A stretch of DNA of 38,861 bases, taken from NCBI GenBank assembly GCA_002391385.1, contig DGEY01000040.1, forward strand, positions 2,175 to 41,035. The letters are read 5' to 3'. Below the pieces are notes generated by a model that was not told the origin of the DNA, did not search any database, and worked only from the letters and a program-made list of their open reading frames with translations. The position numbers were made by a program, and so were the translations under genes. Origin of the DNA: Firmicutes bacterium UBA3914 (lineage in GTDB: Bacteria > Bacillota > Limnochordia > Darwinibacteriales > Darwinibacteriaceae). Shown in pieces: positions 8,291 through 16,270 of the stretch (the stretch's first letter is position 1; every line of letters starts with the position of its first letter).

Positions 8291-8449
8291 ATGGCTCAAA
8301 TCCGCTGTCCCCAATGCGGCCAGGTGGAGAACTGGGACCTGGGCGGAAGTTTCCTCGTCACCTGCGACCGCTGCGGCCAGCAGTTTACCGTGGTGATCGC
8401 GCGGGGCAGGCCTCCCAGCCAGGAGGAAAATCGCGTAAACAGCCGCTAG
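8291..8449 (+). CDS. 52-aa zinc-ribbon protein (CxxC-x15-CxxC)
   Basis: Not in the ORF track. RBS AAGGAG, ATG start: MAQIRCPQCGQVENWDLGGSFLVTCDRCGQQFTVVIARGRPPSQEENRVNSR*. Confidence 0.75.
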   Translation: MAQIRCPQCGQVENWDLGGSFLVTCDRCGQQFTVVIARGRPPSQEENRVNSR

Positions 8450-8469
8450 GTATTGGCCCTGGCGGCTGT
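8439..8469. terminator. Stem-loop between the convergent zinc-ribbon and AI-2E transporter genes
   Basis: ACAGCCGCTAGG-N7-CCTGGCGGCTGT (12-bp stem with one G-U pair). Confidence 0.6.
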
Positions 8470-8480
8470 CCTTTCACTAC

Positions 8481-9506
8481 CTACTTCACCTGGGGCCGGC
8501 GCAGGAGGAAAAAGTCCAGAAGGACGCGCCCAATGGCCGCCACAGGGACCGCGATGAGCAGGCCCAAAATCCCCATGAGATAGCCCCCCACCAGCACCGC
8601 GAAAATCACAACCAGGGGGTGCAGCCCCACCCGATCGCCGATCAGCCAGGGGGAGATCAAGCTGTTTTCAATCTGGTTGGCGGCAATAAAGAGGAGCAGT
8701 ACCCAAAGGACCGTGAGGGGAGACTGGGAAAGGGCCAGGGCAGCGGCGGGCAGAAAGCCTAGCACCGGGCCGAAATAGGGTATGATGTCAAAAAGTCCGG
8801 CCAAAAGGCCGATGAACAGAGCATAGGGGATTTTGAGCAGGGCGAGGCCCCCGTAGATGAACAGACCCACGAACAGGCAAATCCACAGCTGTCCCCGGAA
8901 AAAGCCATTGAGAGCCACATTCACTTCCCTGAGCACATACTGGGCATCGCCGCGGTAGCGGGCGGGCACATAGCGCAGGGCCCGTTCCCGCATGGCCTGA
9001 TGATCCCGGAGCAGGTAGAAGGCCAGAACCGGGGAGATGAGCAGGGAAACGATGTTGGCAAACAGGTCCAAGAGTATCTGCATCACTCTCCCCGCCAGAC
9101 GTTCCAGAGCCTGCTGCACCCGGGCTAAGAGGTTATCCACCGCTTCCTGAATGGTGGTGGGCAGTTCAACGCGGCGAAAAATGCCCACCGCATCCTGCCC
9201 CAGCTCCTCCAGCTGGACAGCCTGGTGGGGCAGCTTGCGGGCCATCTCCTCCAGCTCCCGCAGCAGATTGGGCAAGGTGAGGTAGAACACTATACCCAAG
9301 GCCACCCCGCAGAAGGCATAGACCAGGAAGATGGCCGCAACCCGAGATGCCCCCCGGCTCTCCACCGCGACCACCAAGGGGTAGAGGATGTACGCCAGGA
9401 GGATCGCGAATAAGAAAGGGGTCAGTACAGTCCTGACCCGGTACAGAAAAAACAATATCCCCGCGAAAACCAGTGCCCACCAGATGCCCCTGGACACAGA
9501 CCTCAA
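8481..9506 (-). CDS. AI-2E family transporter (YrrI-like)
   Basis: Polytopic membrane protein; PFLFAILLAYILYP, IPYFGP, NQIENSLISP, VGLHP; syntenic with alaS as in B. subtilis yrrI. Confidence 0.92.
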   Translation of the reverse strand: MRSVSRGIWWALVFAGILFFLYRVRTVLTPFLFAILLAYILYPLVVAVESRGASRVAAIFLVYAFCGVALGIVFYLTLPNLLRELEEMARKLPHQAVQLEELGQDAVGIFRRVELPTTIQEAVDNLLARVQQALERLAGRVMQILLDLFANIVSLLISPVLAFYLLRDHQAMRERALRYVPARYRGDAQYVLREVNVALNGFFRGQLWICLFVGLFIYGGLALLKIPYALFIGLLAGLFDIIPYFGPVLGFLPAAALALSQSPLTVLWVLLLFIAANQIENSLISPWLIGDRVGLHPLVVIFAVLVGGYLMGILGLLIAVPVAAIGRVLLDFFLLRRPQVK

Positions 9507-9679
9507 TCCATCCAGTTATCCAGCTGCTGCTCCACTGTGCCCCGGGCCCTGCGGATCAGGCTGCGTCCGGTGGACCGCAGCTGCCTGGTCACATAGCCCT
9601 TGTTCATGGTATTGCCCACATAAATGCCTAAAGCCAGGCCCGCCAAGCCAATGAGCAGCATGTTTCGACCATTGGCCAC
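9503..9679 (-). CDS. Small single-TM protein (positional analogue of YrzQ)
   Basis: RBS GAGGTG, GTG start; one TM segment followed by a basic amphipathic tail; stop overlaps the yrrI start (TTGA). Confidence 0.65.
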   Translation of the reverse strand: MANGRNMLLIGLAGLALGIYVGNTMNKGYVTRQLRSTGRSLIRRARGTVEQQLDNWMD

Positions 9680-9728
9680 CTCAATCACCTCGTTTAGCGT
9701 TCTACCGCTAGCCTGCCCAAATCAGGCG

Positions 9729-9755
9729 AAAAAAACACCGAGATGCCTCTCGGTG
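9729..9755 (-). terminator. Rho-independent terminator of the iscR-iscS-iscU operon
   Basis: Minus strand CACCGAGA-GGCA-TCTCGGTG followed by T7. Confidence 0.85.
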
Positions 9756-9767
9756 CCGGTGAGCTGT

Positions 9768-10145
9768 TTAGGCTGTGCTGGCTGTTCGCTTCCTGTAGTC
9801 GGCAATGGCCGCGCCCAGGGCCTCAGCTGCCAGATTGGAACAGTGCATTTTGACGGGGGGCAGGCCCTCCAGTGCTTCGGCCACATCGCGGTTGGTGATT
9901 TTTTCCGCCTCCTCCACCGTTTTCCCGATGGCCAGCTCCGTGATCATGCTGGAAGTGGCGATGGCGGCTCCACAGCCAAAGGTTTTGAACTTGATGTCGG
10001 TGATAATGTTGTTTTCCACCTTGATCCACATCTTCATGATATCCCCGCAGCGGGCGTTGCCCACCTCCCCGATGCCGTCGGCGTCGGGGATCTCCCCCAC
10101 GTTGCGCGGGTTGGTGAAGTGCTCCATGACTTTATCTGAATACAT
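9768..10145 (-). CDS. iscU: Fe-S cluster scaffold IscU/NifU
   Basis: YSDKVMEHFTNPRNVG, CGDIM, FGCGAAIA, LPPVKMHCS. Confidence 0.96.
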   Translation of the reverse strand: MYSDKVMEHFTNPRNVGEIPDADGIGEVGNARCGDIMKMWIKVENNIITDIKFKTFGCGAAIATSSMITELAIGKTVEEAEKITNRDVAEALEGLPPVKMHCSNLAAEALGAAIADYRKRTASTA

Positions 10146-10155
10146 GATCTTCCTC

Positions 10156-11313
10156 CTATCCTTGATAGAGCGGAGACATGGCCCGCAGCCGCTCCACTAT
10201 GCCCGGAATTTCCTGAAGCACGAAATCCACATCTGCCTCGGTGTTTTCACGCCCCAGGGTCAGGCGCAGCGAACCGTGGGCAATCTCATGGGACAAACCC
10301 ATGGCCAAGAGCACATGGGAGGGGTCTAGAGAACCGGACGTGCAGGCGGACCCGCTGGAAGCGGCAATTCCCCGCAGATCCAGGTTGAGCAGCAGCGACT
10401 CACCCTCAATGAACTCAAAACAGACGCTCACATTGTTGGGCAGCCGCCTTTCCAGGCTGCCGTTGACCCGGGTATGGGGAATCTGCAGGAGGCCCTCAAT
10501 CAGCCGGTCCCTGAGCTTTTGCAGGCGCGCACTTTCCGCCTCGCGCTCTTCTTGGGCCAGCTCAAAGGCTTTGGCCAGGCCCACAATCCCCGCCACGTTT
10601 TCGGTCCCGGCCCGGCGCCTTTTTTCCTGTCCTCCGCCGTGAATGAGGGGATGCAGCCGCACTCCCTTGCGCACGTAGAGTGCACCCACCCCCTTGGGGC
10701 CGTAAAACTTGTGCGCCGAAATGGACAAAAGGTCGACGTTGAGGGCATCCACATTTAGGTCTAAAGCGCCTGCCGTCTGCACCGCATCGGTATGGAAGCG
10801 GACGCCGCGGGCGCGCACCAGCGCGCCTATTTCACTGATGGGCTGGATGGTGCCCACTTCGTTGTTGGCATGCATAATGGAGACTAAAATGGTGTCGGGG
10901 CGCAGGGCCGCCTCCACCTGGGCCGGATCCACCAGGCCGTATTCGTCCACCGGAAGGATGGTGACCTCAAAGCCCTGGGTCTCCAGCCAGAGGACGGTAT
11001 CCAGCACAGCATGGTGCTCAATGGCGCTGGTGATGATGTGCTTCCCCTTGTTCTGGTCCGCCCAGGCCACACCCTTGATGGCCAGGTTGGCCCCTTCCGA
11101 ACCGCCGGAGGTAAACACGATTTCGCTGGCGGATGCCCCCAAGAGGGCCGCCACCTTGTCCCGGGCGCTGTCTAAGGCCTTGCGGGCACTCCTGCCCCAG
11201 CTGTAGACGCTGGAGGGATTGCCAAACTCGGTGCTAAAGTAAGGCAGCATCGCTTCCCACACTTCAGGCCGGACCGGTGTTGTTGCCGCATGATCCATAT
11301 AGATTCGCTTCAT
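10156..11313 (-). CDS. iscS: Cysteine desulfurase IscS/NifS
   Basis: [32 protein letters not shown]. Confidence 0.97.
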   Translation of the reverse strand: MKRIYMDHAATTPVRPEVWEAMLPYFSTEFGNPSSVYSWGRSARKALDSARDKVAALLGASASEIVFTSGGSEGANLAIKGVAWADQNKGKHIITSAIEHHAVLDTVLWLETQGFEVTILPVDEYGLVDPAQVEAALRPDTILVSIMHANNEVGTIQPISEIGALVRARGVRFHTDAVQTAGALDLNVDALNVDLLSISAHKFYGPKGVGALYVRKGVRLHPLIHGGGQEKRRRAGTENVAGIVGLAKAFELAQEEREAESARLQKLRDRLIEGLLQIPHTRVNGSLERRLPNNVSVCFEFIEGESLLLNLDLRGIAASSGSACTSGSLDPSHVLLAMGLSHEIAHGSLRLTLGRENTEADVDFVLQEIPGIVERLRAMSPLYQG

Positions 11314-11753
11314 TGTCCTTCAGCCACCCCTAATCTAATGGCGTTTTGCCGCAGGTCTTCCAAAGTCGTACTATCCAAAACCCGTTCCATGCTGTCCTGC
11401 AGTTGCTTCCACAGACCCCGCAGTACGCACTGCTCGGGCTGGTCGCAGTAGGGACCTGTACCCGCATCGGTATCCAGGCAGTCCAGGGGAGTAATCGGCC
11501 CCTCCAATACCCGGATGATCTGCCCGATGGTGATCTGATCCGGGGGATGGGCCAGCTCATAACCGCCCTGAGCCCCCCGCTTGCTGGCCACCAGACCCGC
11601 CTTGCGCAGCGCGCCCATGAGCTGCTCCAGATAGGTTTCCGACACAAGCTGGCGCCTGGCCACCGTCTTAAGGGGAATGGGACCGCTGCCGTAGTTGAGG
11701 GCCAGGTCAAACATGGCCCGCACTCCGTATTCGCCCCGCGTGGATACGCGCAT
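11310..11753 (-). CDS. iscR: Rrf2 family regulator, IscR-like (three Cys)
   Basis: [23 protein letters not shown], and a C-x10-C-x5-C cluster; first gene of the iscS-iscU operon. Confidence 0.85.
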   Translation of the reverse strand: MRVSTRGEYGVRAMFDLALNYGSGPIPLKTVARRQLVSETYLEQLMGALRKAGLVASKRGAQGGYELAHPPDQITIGQIIRVLEGPITPLDCLDTDAGTGPYCDQPEQCVLRGLWKQLQDSMERVLDSTTLEDLRQNAIRLGVAEGQ

Positions 11754-11769
11754 GCATCCGCCTCCCCTC

Positions 11770-11794
11770 ATTTCCGACTAATTTTGTCGGAATT
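11770..11794. promoter_or_regulatory. IscR type-1-like operator (autoregulation)
   Basis: ATTTCCGACTAATTTTGTCGGAATT: palindrome TTCCGAC-N7-GTCGGAA resembling the YYGACT-N5-AGTCRR core; lies between promoter and RBS. Confidence 0.75.
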
Positions 11795-11806
11795 GAATCC
11801 ATCCTG

Positions 11807-11836
11807 ATCATAGCACAGGGCAAAAACGGCTGTCAA
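11807..11836 (-). promoter_or_regulatory. sigma-A promoter of the isc operon
   Basis: Minus strand TTGACA-N18-TATGAT with extended TG. Confidence 0.8.
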
Positions 11837-11841
11837 CGCTG

Positions 11842-11866
11842 AAAAAGAAAAAAGCCCCTTAGGGCT
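11842..11866 (-). terminator. Terminator after rarA
   Basis: Minus strand AGCCC-TAAG-GGGCT followed by a T-rich tract. Confidence 0.7.
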
Positions 11867-13196
11867 CTTGGCGCTGGTGTGCTTCCTTGAGCTTGGCAAA
11901 ATAAGCCAGGCGCTCTTTGATCACCTTTTCCCTGCCCTGCTCCGAAGGCTCGTAGACCCGGAAGCCTTTCATATTCTCCGGCAGGTACTCCTGGACCACG
12001 TAGTGATGGGGATAATCATGGGGGTACCTATAACCCCTGCCGTGTCCAAGCTTAGCCGCTCCGGCATAGTGGGTATCCCGCAGGTGCACAGGCACAGGCT
12101 CCGCACCAGTTTTCTCCACCGCCGCCAGGGCTGCGTCCACGGCCTTGATCACCGAGTTGCTCTTGGGTGCCGTGGCGATATAGATGATGGCCTGGGCGAT
12201 GGGAATGCGAGCCTCGGGCATCCCCAGCCATTCCAGGGCAAACCCCGCCGCTTGGGCCATGAGCAGGGCGGTGGGATCGGCCATGCCCACATCTTCCGCG
12301 GCATGGACCAAGAGCCGGCGCACAACAAAGCGCGGGTCTTCCCCGGCGTAGACCATGCGGGCATACCAATAGAGGGCGGCATCGGGGTCGCTGCCCCGCA
12401 GCGATTTGATAAAGGCGGAGATCACATCATAGTGCTGGTCCCCCGCTTTATCATAGCGAACTCGCTGGGCCTGGGCCGCCTCTTCCGCCACGGCCAGATC
12501 CACCAACCGCACCCCCGCTTCGTTGGGCAGGGTGGTGAGCACAGCGAACTCCAGGTTGTTCAGAAGGACGCGGGCATCGCCGTTGGCAATGCGGGCCAGG
12601 TGCCTGAGGGCCTCCTGGGAAACCTGGCAGGGCACATCCCCCAGTCCCCGGGGATCTTCCAGAGCCCGCCGGGCCAAGGTGAGCAGGTGCTCCTCCTCCA
12701 GGGGCTGGAGCTGGTAGATCTGGGAGCGGCTGAGCAGAGCGGCGTTCACTTCGAAATAGGGGTTTTCCGTGGTGGCGCCGATCAGAATCAGATCGCCCTT
12801 CTCCACCGCGGGGAGCAGCACATCCTGCTGGGCCTTGTTCAGGCGCTGGATCTCGTCCACAAAGAGGATCGTCCTCTGCCCATGGAAGGCCCGGCGGTCC
12901 CGAGCCTCTTCCGCTAAACGCTTCAGCTCCGCGGCCCCCGTGGTGGTGGCACTGACATTGACAAACACTCCCTTGGTGGTTCGGGAGATCACATAGCCTA
13001 AGGTGGTCTTGCCGGAACCGGGGGGCCCGTAAAGGATCAAGGAGCGGAGAATGTCTTCGCTGATGGCCCGCCGCAAAAGCTTTCCGGGCCCTAAAATGTG
13101 CTCCTGGCCCACATATTCCTCCAGGGATTCAGGGCGCATGCGCACCGCCAGGGGCGCATGTTCATGCCTCAAGGGGCTCTGTTCAAACAAATCCAT
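11859..13196 (-). CDS. rarA: Replication-associated recombination protein A (RarA/MgsA)
   Basis: PLAVRMRP, GPPGSGKTT, FVDEI, GATTENP, HYDVISAFIKSLRGSDPDAA. Confidence 0.96.
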   Translation of the reverse strand: MDLFEQSPLRHEHAPLAVRMRPESLEEYVGQEHILGPGKLLRRAISEDILRSLILYGPPGSGKTTLGYVISRTTKGVFVNVSATTTGAAELKRLAEEARDRRAFHGQRTILFVDEIQRLNKAQQDVLLPAVEKGDLILIGATTENPYFEVNAALLSRSQIYQLQPLEEEHLLTLARRALEDPRGLGDVPCQVSQEALRHLARIANGDARVLLNNLEFAVLTTLPNEAGVRLVDLAVAEEAAQAQRVRYDKAGDQHYDVISAFIKSLRGSDPDAALYWYARMVYAGEDPRFVVRRLLVHAAEDVGMADPTALLMAQAAGFALEWLGMPEARIPIAQAIIYIATAPKSNSVIKAVDAALAAVEKTGAEPVPVHLRDTHYAGAAKLGHGRGYRYPHDYPHHYVVQEYLPENMKGFRVYEPSEQGREKVIKERLAYFAKLKEAHQRQEP

Positions 13197-13198
13197 GG

Positions 13199-13891
13199 CT
13201 AACCCTCCCCGCAGATCTGCCTCACAATCCAACTGGCCATGACCAAACCCGCAGCTCCCGGCACAAAAGCTGTGCTCCCAGGTGTGGAACCGGCTCTTTT
13301 CCCCACTGTCCGTTCATCGGAGAACACCACGGCAACTCCCCGCTCAATTCCCCGCTTACGCAGGGCGCCCCGCACCGCCCTGGCCAAGGGGCAGGTGTGG
13401 GTCTGGGAGATATCCGCGACCTTAAGGCGCGTGGGGTCCACCTTGTTGCCTGCGCCCAGGGAAGAGATGAGGGGAATGCCCTGCTTAAGGCAGGCTTCGA
13501 TCAAATCCACCTTGGACCGCACGCTGTCGATGGCATCGGCCACAAAAGTGAGGTCCTCCGGCAGCAGCTGCTGGTGGTTTTCCCGGCTGTAGTAGGCTTG
13601 GTGGGCGATCACGCGGCAGGCGGGGTTGATCTGGGCGATCCTTTCCGCCATCACCTCCACCTTTGGCCGGCCGATGGTGGCTTCCAGGGCCACAATCTGC
13701 CTGTTCAGATTGGAGATGGCCACCAGATCGTGGTCAATGAGGATGAGCGTCCCCACCCCCGAGCGGGCCAGGGCTTCTGCGGCATGTCCCCCCACACCGC
13801 CTAGGCCCACCACTGCCACCTTGGCCGCCTGCAGGCGCTGCAGGTTCTCGGCACCCAAAACCAGTTCCGTGCGTATGAATCTATGTTCCAT
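13199..13891 (-). CDS. tcdA: tRNA threonylcarbamoyladenosine dehydratase (ThiF family)
   Basis: GLGGVGG, SNLNRQ, DAIDS, GAGNK, CPLAR; B. subtilis yrvM synteny. Confidence 0.92.
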   Translation of the reverse strand: MEHRFIRTELVLGAENLQRLQAAKVAVVGLGGVGGHAAEALARSGVGTLILIDHDLVAISNLNRQIVALEATIGRPKVEVMAERIAQINPACRVIAHQAYYSRENHQQLLPEDLTFVADAIDSVRSKVDLIEACLKQGIPLISSLGAGNKVDPTRLKVADISQTHTCPLARAVRGALRKRGIERGVAVVFSDERTVGKRAGSTPGSTAFVPGAAGLVMASWIVRQICGEG

Positions 13892-13905
13892 GGTTTTCCT
13901 CCAAG

Positions 13906-13928
13906 AAAAAATACCCCGGAAGGGGTAT
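13906..13928 (-). terminator. Terminator of the 6S RNA
   Basis: Minus strand ATACCCC-TTCC-GGGGTAT followed by a T-tract. Confidence 0.8.
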
Positions 13929-13935
13929 CCAGATC

Positions 13936-14121
13936 CAACCCCCCGCCGTACCGCTAGTGCTGACCCGAATGAACCTGCCTCGGCAGGTGGGTACCCTCCG
14001 CACTAGTTCGAACGTCCCCGCTGGGGGGCATGTTCTAGCTACTGCGAGTCAGGTTCCCTGTGTGTTGGTGTTGGCTCATAACAAGGCCAGATTGATCGCG
14101 AGCACAGCAGGGGTGTGTTCT
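13936..14121 (-). ncRNA. ssrS: 6S RNA (SsrS / BsrA-type)
   Basis: Closing stem CCCCTGCTGTGC...GTACGGCGGGG; conserved segments GGGAACCTGA and GCGGAGGGTACCCACCTG...CAGGTTC; about 185 nt with its own promoter and terminator; same aspS-tcdA position as B. subtilis 6S-1. Ends approximate. Confidence 0.9.
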
Positions 14122-14127
14122 AGCCTG

Positions 14128-14156
14128 ATCATAGCATAGACTCTGCCCGGATTCAA
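14128..14156 (-). promoter_or_regulatory. sigma-A promoter of the 6S RNA
   Basis: Minus strand TTGAAT-N17-TATGAT with extended TG. Confidence 0.8.
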
Positions 14157-14184
14157 GTCCTCTGCTTGTACCGGTTTTTCCCGG

Positions 14185-14212
14185 TTCTACGCGGCTTTGG
14201 ATAGACATACAT
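14185..14212 (+). promoter_or_regulatory. sigma-E-like promoter of the holin-like gene
   Basis: TTCTA-N16-CATACAT, then RBS GAGGAGG. Confidence 0.55.
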
Positions 14213-14235
14213 CTTAGCAGAGGAGGGATTGAGAC

Positions 14236-14517
14236 ATGGATCAACTCTTGGGTAAAGTGCTGGCTATCGCCTTTGTGATCGAGGTTTTGACCAACACCGT
14301 CAAAACCCTGCTGCCGGATCTGAACCGCCGCTACCTGCCGTTTATCTCAGGCGTCCTCGGCGTCTGCCTGGCCTGGGTCAGCGGTGTGGGCGTACTGAGT
14401 ACCCTGGAGATCCCAGTACGCCACGCTTTCCTTGATTACCTAGTCACCGGCATCGTCACATCCCGGGGCGCCAATATCGTCCATGACCTTGCCAAGACGC
14501 TCAGTTCCGCAAGTTGA
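14236..14517 (+). CDS. Small multi-TM holin-like protein, 93 aa
   Basis: Strong RBS; three hydrophobic segments; C-terminal TG(I/L)xxSRGANxxHD motif that I recall from holin-like Firmicutes proteins. Confidence 0.75.
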   Translation: MDQLLGKVLAIAFVIEVLTNTVKTLLPDLNRRYLPFISGVLGVCLAWVSGVGVLSTLEIPVRHAFLDYLVTGIVTSRGANIVHDLAKTLSSAS

Positions 14518-16270
14518 TCTTGAGCTCCTTGAGCTGGGCCTCGCTGATGGGGGCCGGAGCCTCAATCATCAGATCTGAAGCACTTACCGTTTTGGGGAAA
14601 GCGATCACATCGCGGATGGACTGCCGCTTGGCCAGGAGCATAACCAGGCGGTCCAGGCCAAAGGCGATCCCACCATGGGGAGGAGCTCCATACTCGAAGG
14701 CCTCCAGGAAATAGCCGAACTGTCTGCGAGCTTCCTCCATGGTGAAACCTAAAGCAGCAAACATCCGCTCCTGCAGGCGCCGGTTGGTGATGCGGATGCT
14801 GCCTCCGCCCAGTTCCACCCCGTTGAGCACCATATCGTAGGCCTTGGCCCGGACCCTTCCAGGATCTGTCTCTAAGAGGTGCTCATCTTCATCGAGGGGA
14901 GCGGTGAACGGATGGTGGGCGGCCACATAGCGCCCCGCCTCTTCATCGTAGACAAGCAGGGGCCAATCCACAACCCAAAGCAGGTTATAGGCATTCTCAT
15001 CCATGAGCCCCAGCTCCCGGCCGAGCAGGAGCCTGAGCCTGCCCAAAACATCACAAACCAGATCATAGCCGCCAGCCACGATCAGTACAAGATCGCCAAC
15101 TTCGGCAGCAAGTTCCTTGGTAATTGCTTCCACTTCTTCCTCTTTGAGGAACTTGGCGATGGGCGAGCGCACCTGCCCCTCCTCCACCGCCAGCCAGATC
15201 AAGCCCTTGGCGCCCCAGGCCTGAGCCTGCTCGCTGAGGCGGTCGATCTGCCTGCGGGTGAAGCTGGCCCCGCCCTTGACGTTAATCCCCCTGATTACTC
15301 CCTGAGCAGCTGCGGTTTCGGCAAAGACCCGGAACTCGCTGTTCTTGAGGGAAGCGGTCAGATCATGGATCTCCAGGCCAAAACGGGTATCGGGCTTGTC
15401 CGTGCCGAACCGGTCCATGGCCTCTCGATAGCTCAGGCGGGGTATGGGCGCTGGCAGGTCAATTCCCTTGACCTCCCGAAATACGTGGAGGATCATGGCC
15501 TCCATCATGTTCATCACAGCTTCCCGGTCCACGAAGGACATCTCCACGTCTATCTGGGTGAACTCCGGCTGCCGATCTGCCCGCAGGTCTTCATCCCTAA
15601 AGCAGCGGGCGATCTGGTAATAGCGGTCGAATCCCCCGATCATGAGCAGCTGTTTAAACAGCTGCGGCGACTGGGGCAGGGCGTAAAAGGAACCGGGGTG
15701 CACGCGGCTGGGTACCACATAGTCCCGGGCCCCTTCGGGAGTAGAGCGGATCAGCATGGGCGTCTCAACTTCCAGAAAGCCCTGGCTGTCTAGGAACGAG
15801 CGCACGGCAGCGGTGATGCGGTGGCGCATGGCCAAAGCTTCCTGCAGCTCTCTGCTGCGCAGATGCAGATAGCGGTACTTAAGGCGCAGCGACTCATCCA
15901 CTTCCTCCGCCCGATCAATGGGGAAGGGCGGGGTTTTCGCCTCCGCCAGCACAACCAAGCTGCTTACCAGCACCTCCACCTCCCCGGTGGCCAAATTGGG
16001 GTTGACCTGGCCTTCCGGGCGAGCCACAACCTGGCCCTGCACGGCGATGACATACTCGCTGCGCAGTCCCTCTGCCTGCTGAAACTGCTCGGGACCCAAG
16101 GTCTCCGGGTCAAAGACCACCTGCACCAGGCCCGACCGGTCCCGGAGATCCACAAAGATCAGCTGACCCAAATCACGCCTCCGGTTCACCCACCCATTGA
16201 GGATTACTGTGCTCCCGGCATCCGACTTCCTCAGCTCACCGCAGTACTTGGTCCTTATCCAGTCCTTCAT
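14501..16270 (-). CDS. aspS: Aspartate--tRNA ligase
   Basis: RRRDLGQLIFVDLRD, TPEGARDY, LPQSPQLFKQ, FRDEDLRADRQPEF, PPHGGIAFGLDR; ATGA overlap with the hisS stop. Confidence 0.98.
   Translation of the reverse strand: MKDWIRTKYCGELRKSDAGSTVILNGWVNRRRDLGQLIFVDLRDRSGLVQVVFDPETLGPEQFQQAEGLRSEYVIAVQGQVVARPEGQVNPNLATGEVEVLVSSLVVLAEAKTPPFPIDRAEEVDESLRLKYRYLHLRSRELQEALAMRHRITAAVRSFLDSQGFLEVETPMLIRSTPEGARDYVVPSRVHPGSFYALPQSPQLFKQLLMIGGFDRYYQIARCFRDEDLRADRQPEFTQIDVEMSFVDREAVMNMMEAMILHVFREVKGIDLPAPIPRLSYREAMDRFGTDKPDTRFGLEIHDLTASLKNSEFRVFAETAAAQGVIRGINVKGGASFTRRQIDRLSEQAQAWGAKGLIWLAVEEGQVRSPIAKFLKEEEVEAITKELAAEVGDLVLIVAGGYDLVCDVLGRLRLLLGRELGLMDENAYNLLWVVDWPLLVYDEEAGRYVAAHHPFTAPLDEDEHLLETDPGRVRAKAYDMVLNGVELGGGSIRITNRRLQERMFAALGFTMEEARRQFGYFLEAFEYGAPPHGGIAFGLDRLVMLLAKRQSIRDVIAFPKTVSASDLMIEAPAPISEAQLKELKINLRN

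Noticed and set aside
8314-8583. 89-aa plus-strand ORF from the track
   Set aside because: Out-of-frame overlap with the zinc-ribbon gene and with yrrI; no RBS.
13957-14244. Short ORFs (60 aa plus strand, 69 aa minus strand) in the tcdA-aspS gap
   Set aside because: They overlap the 6S RNA and its promoter and have no coding signal.
14236-14517. Prophage remnant around the holin-like gene
   Set aside because: No integrase, att repeats, endolysin or obvious compositional shift.
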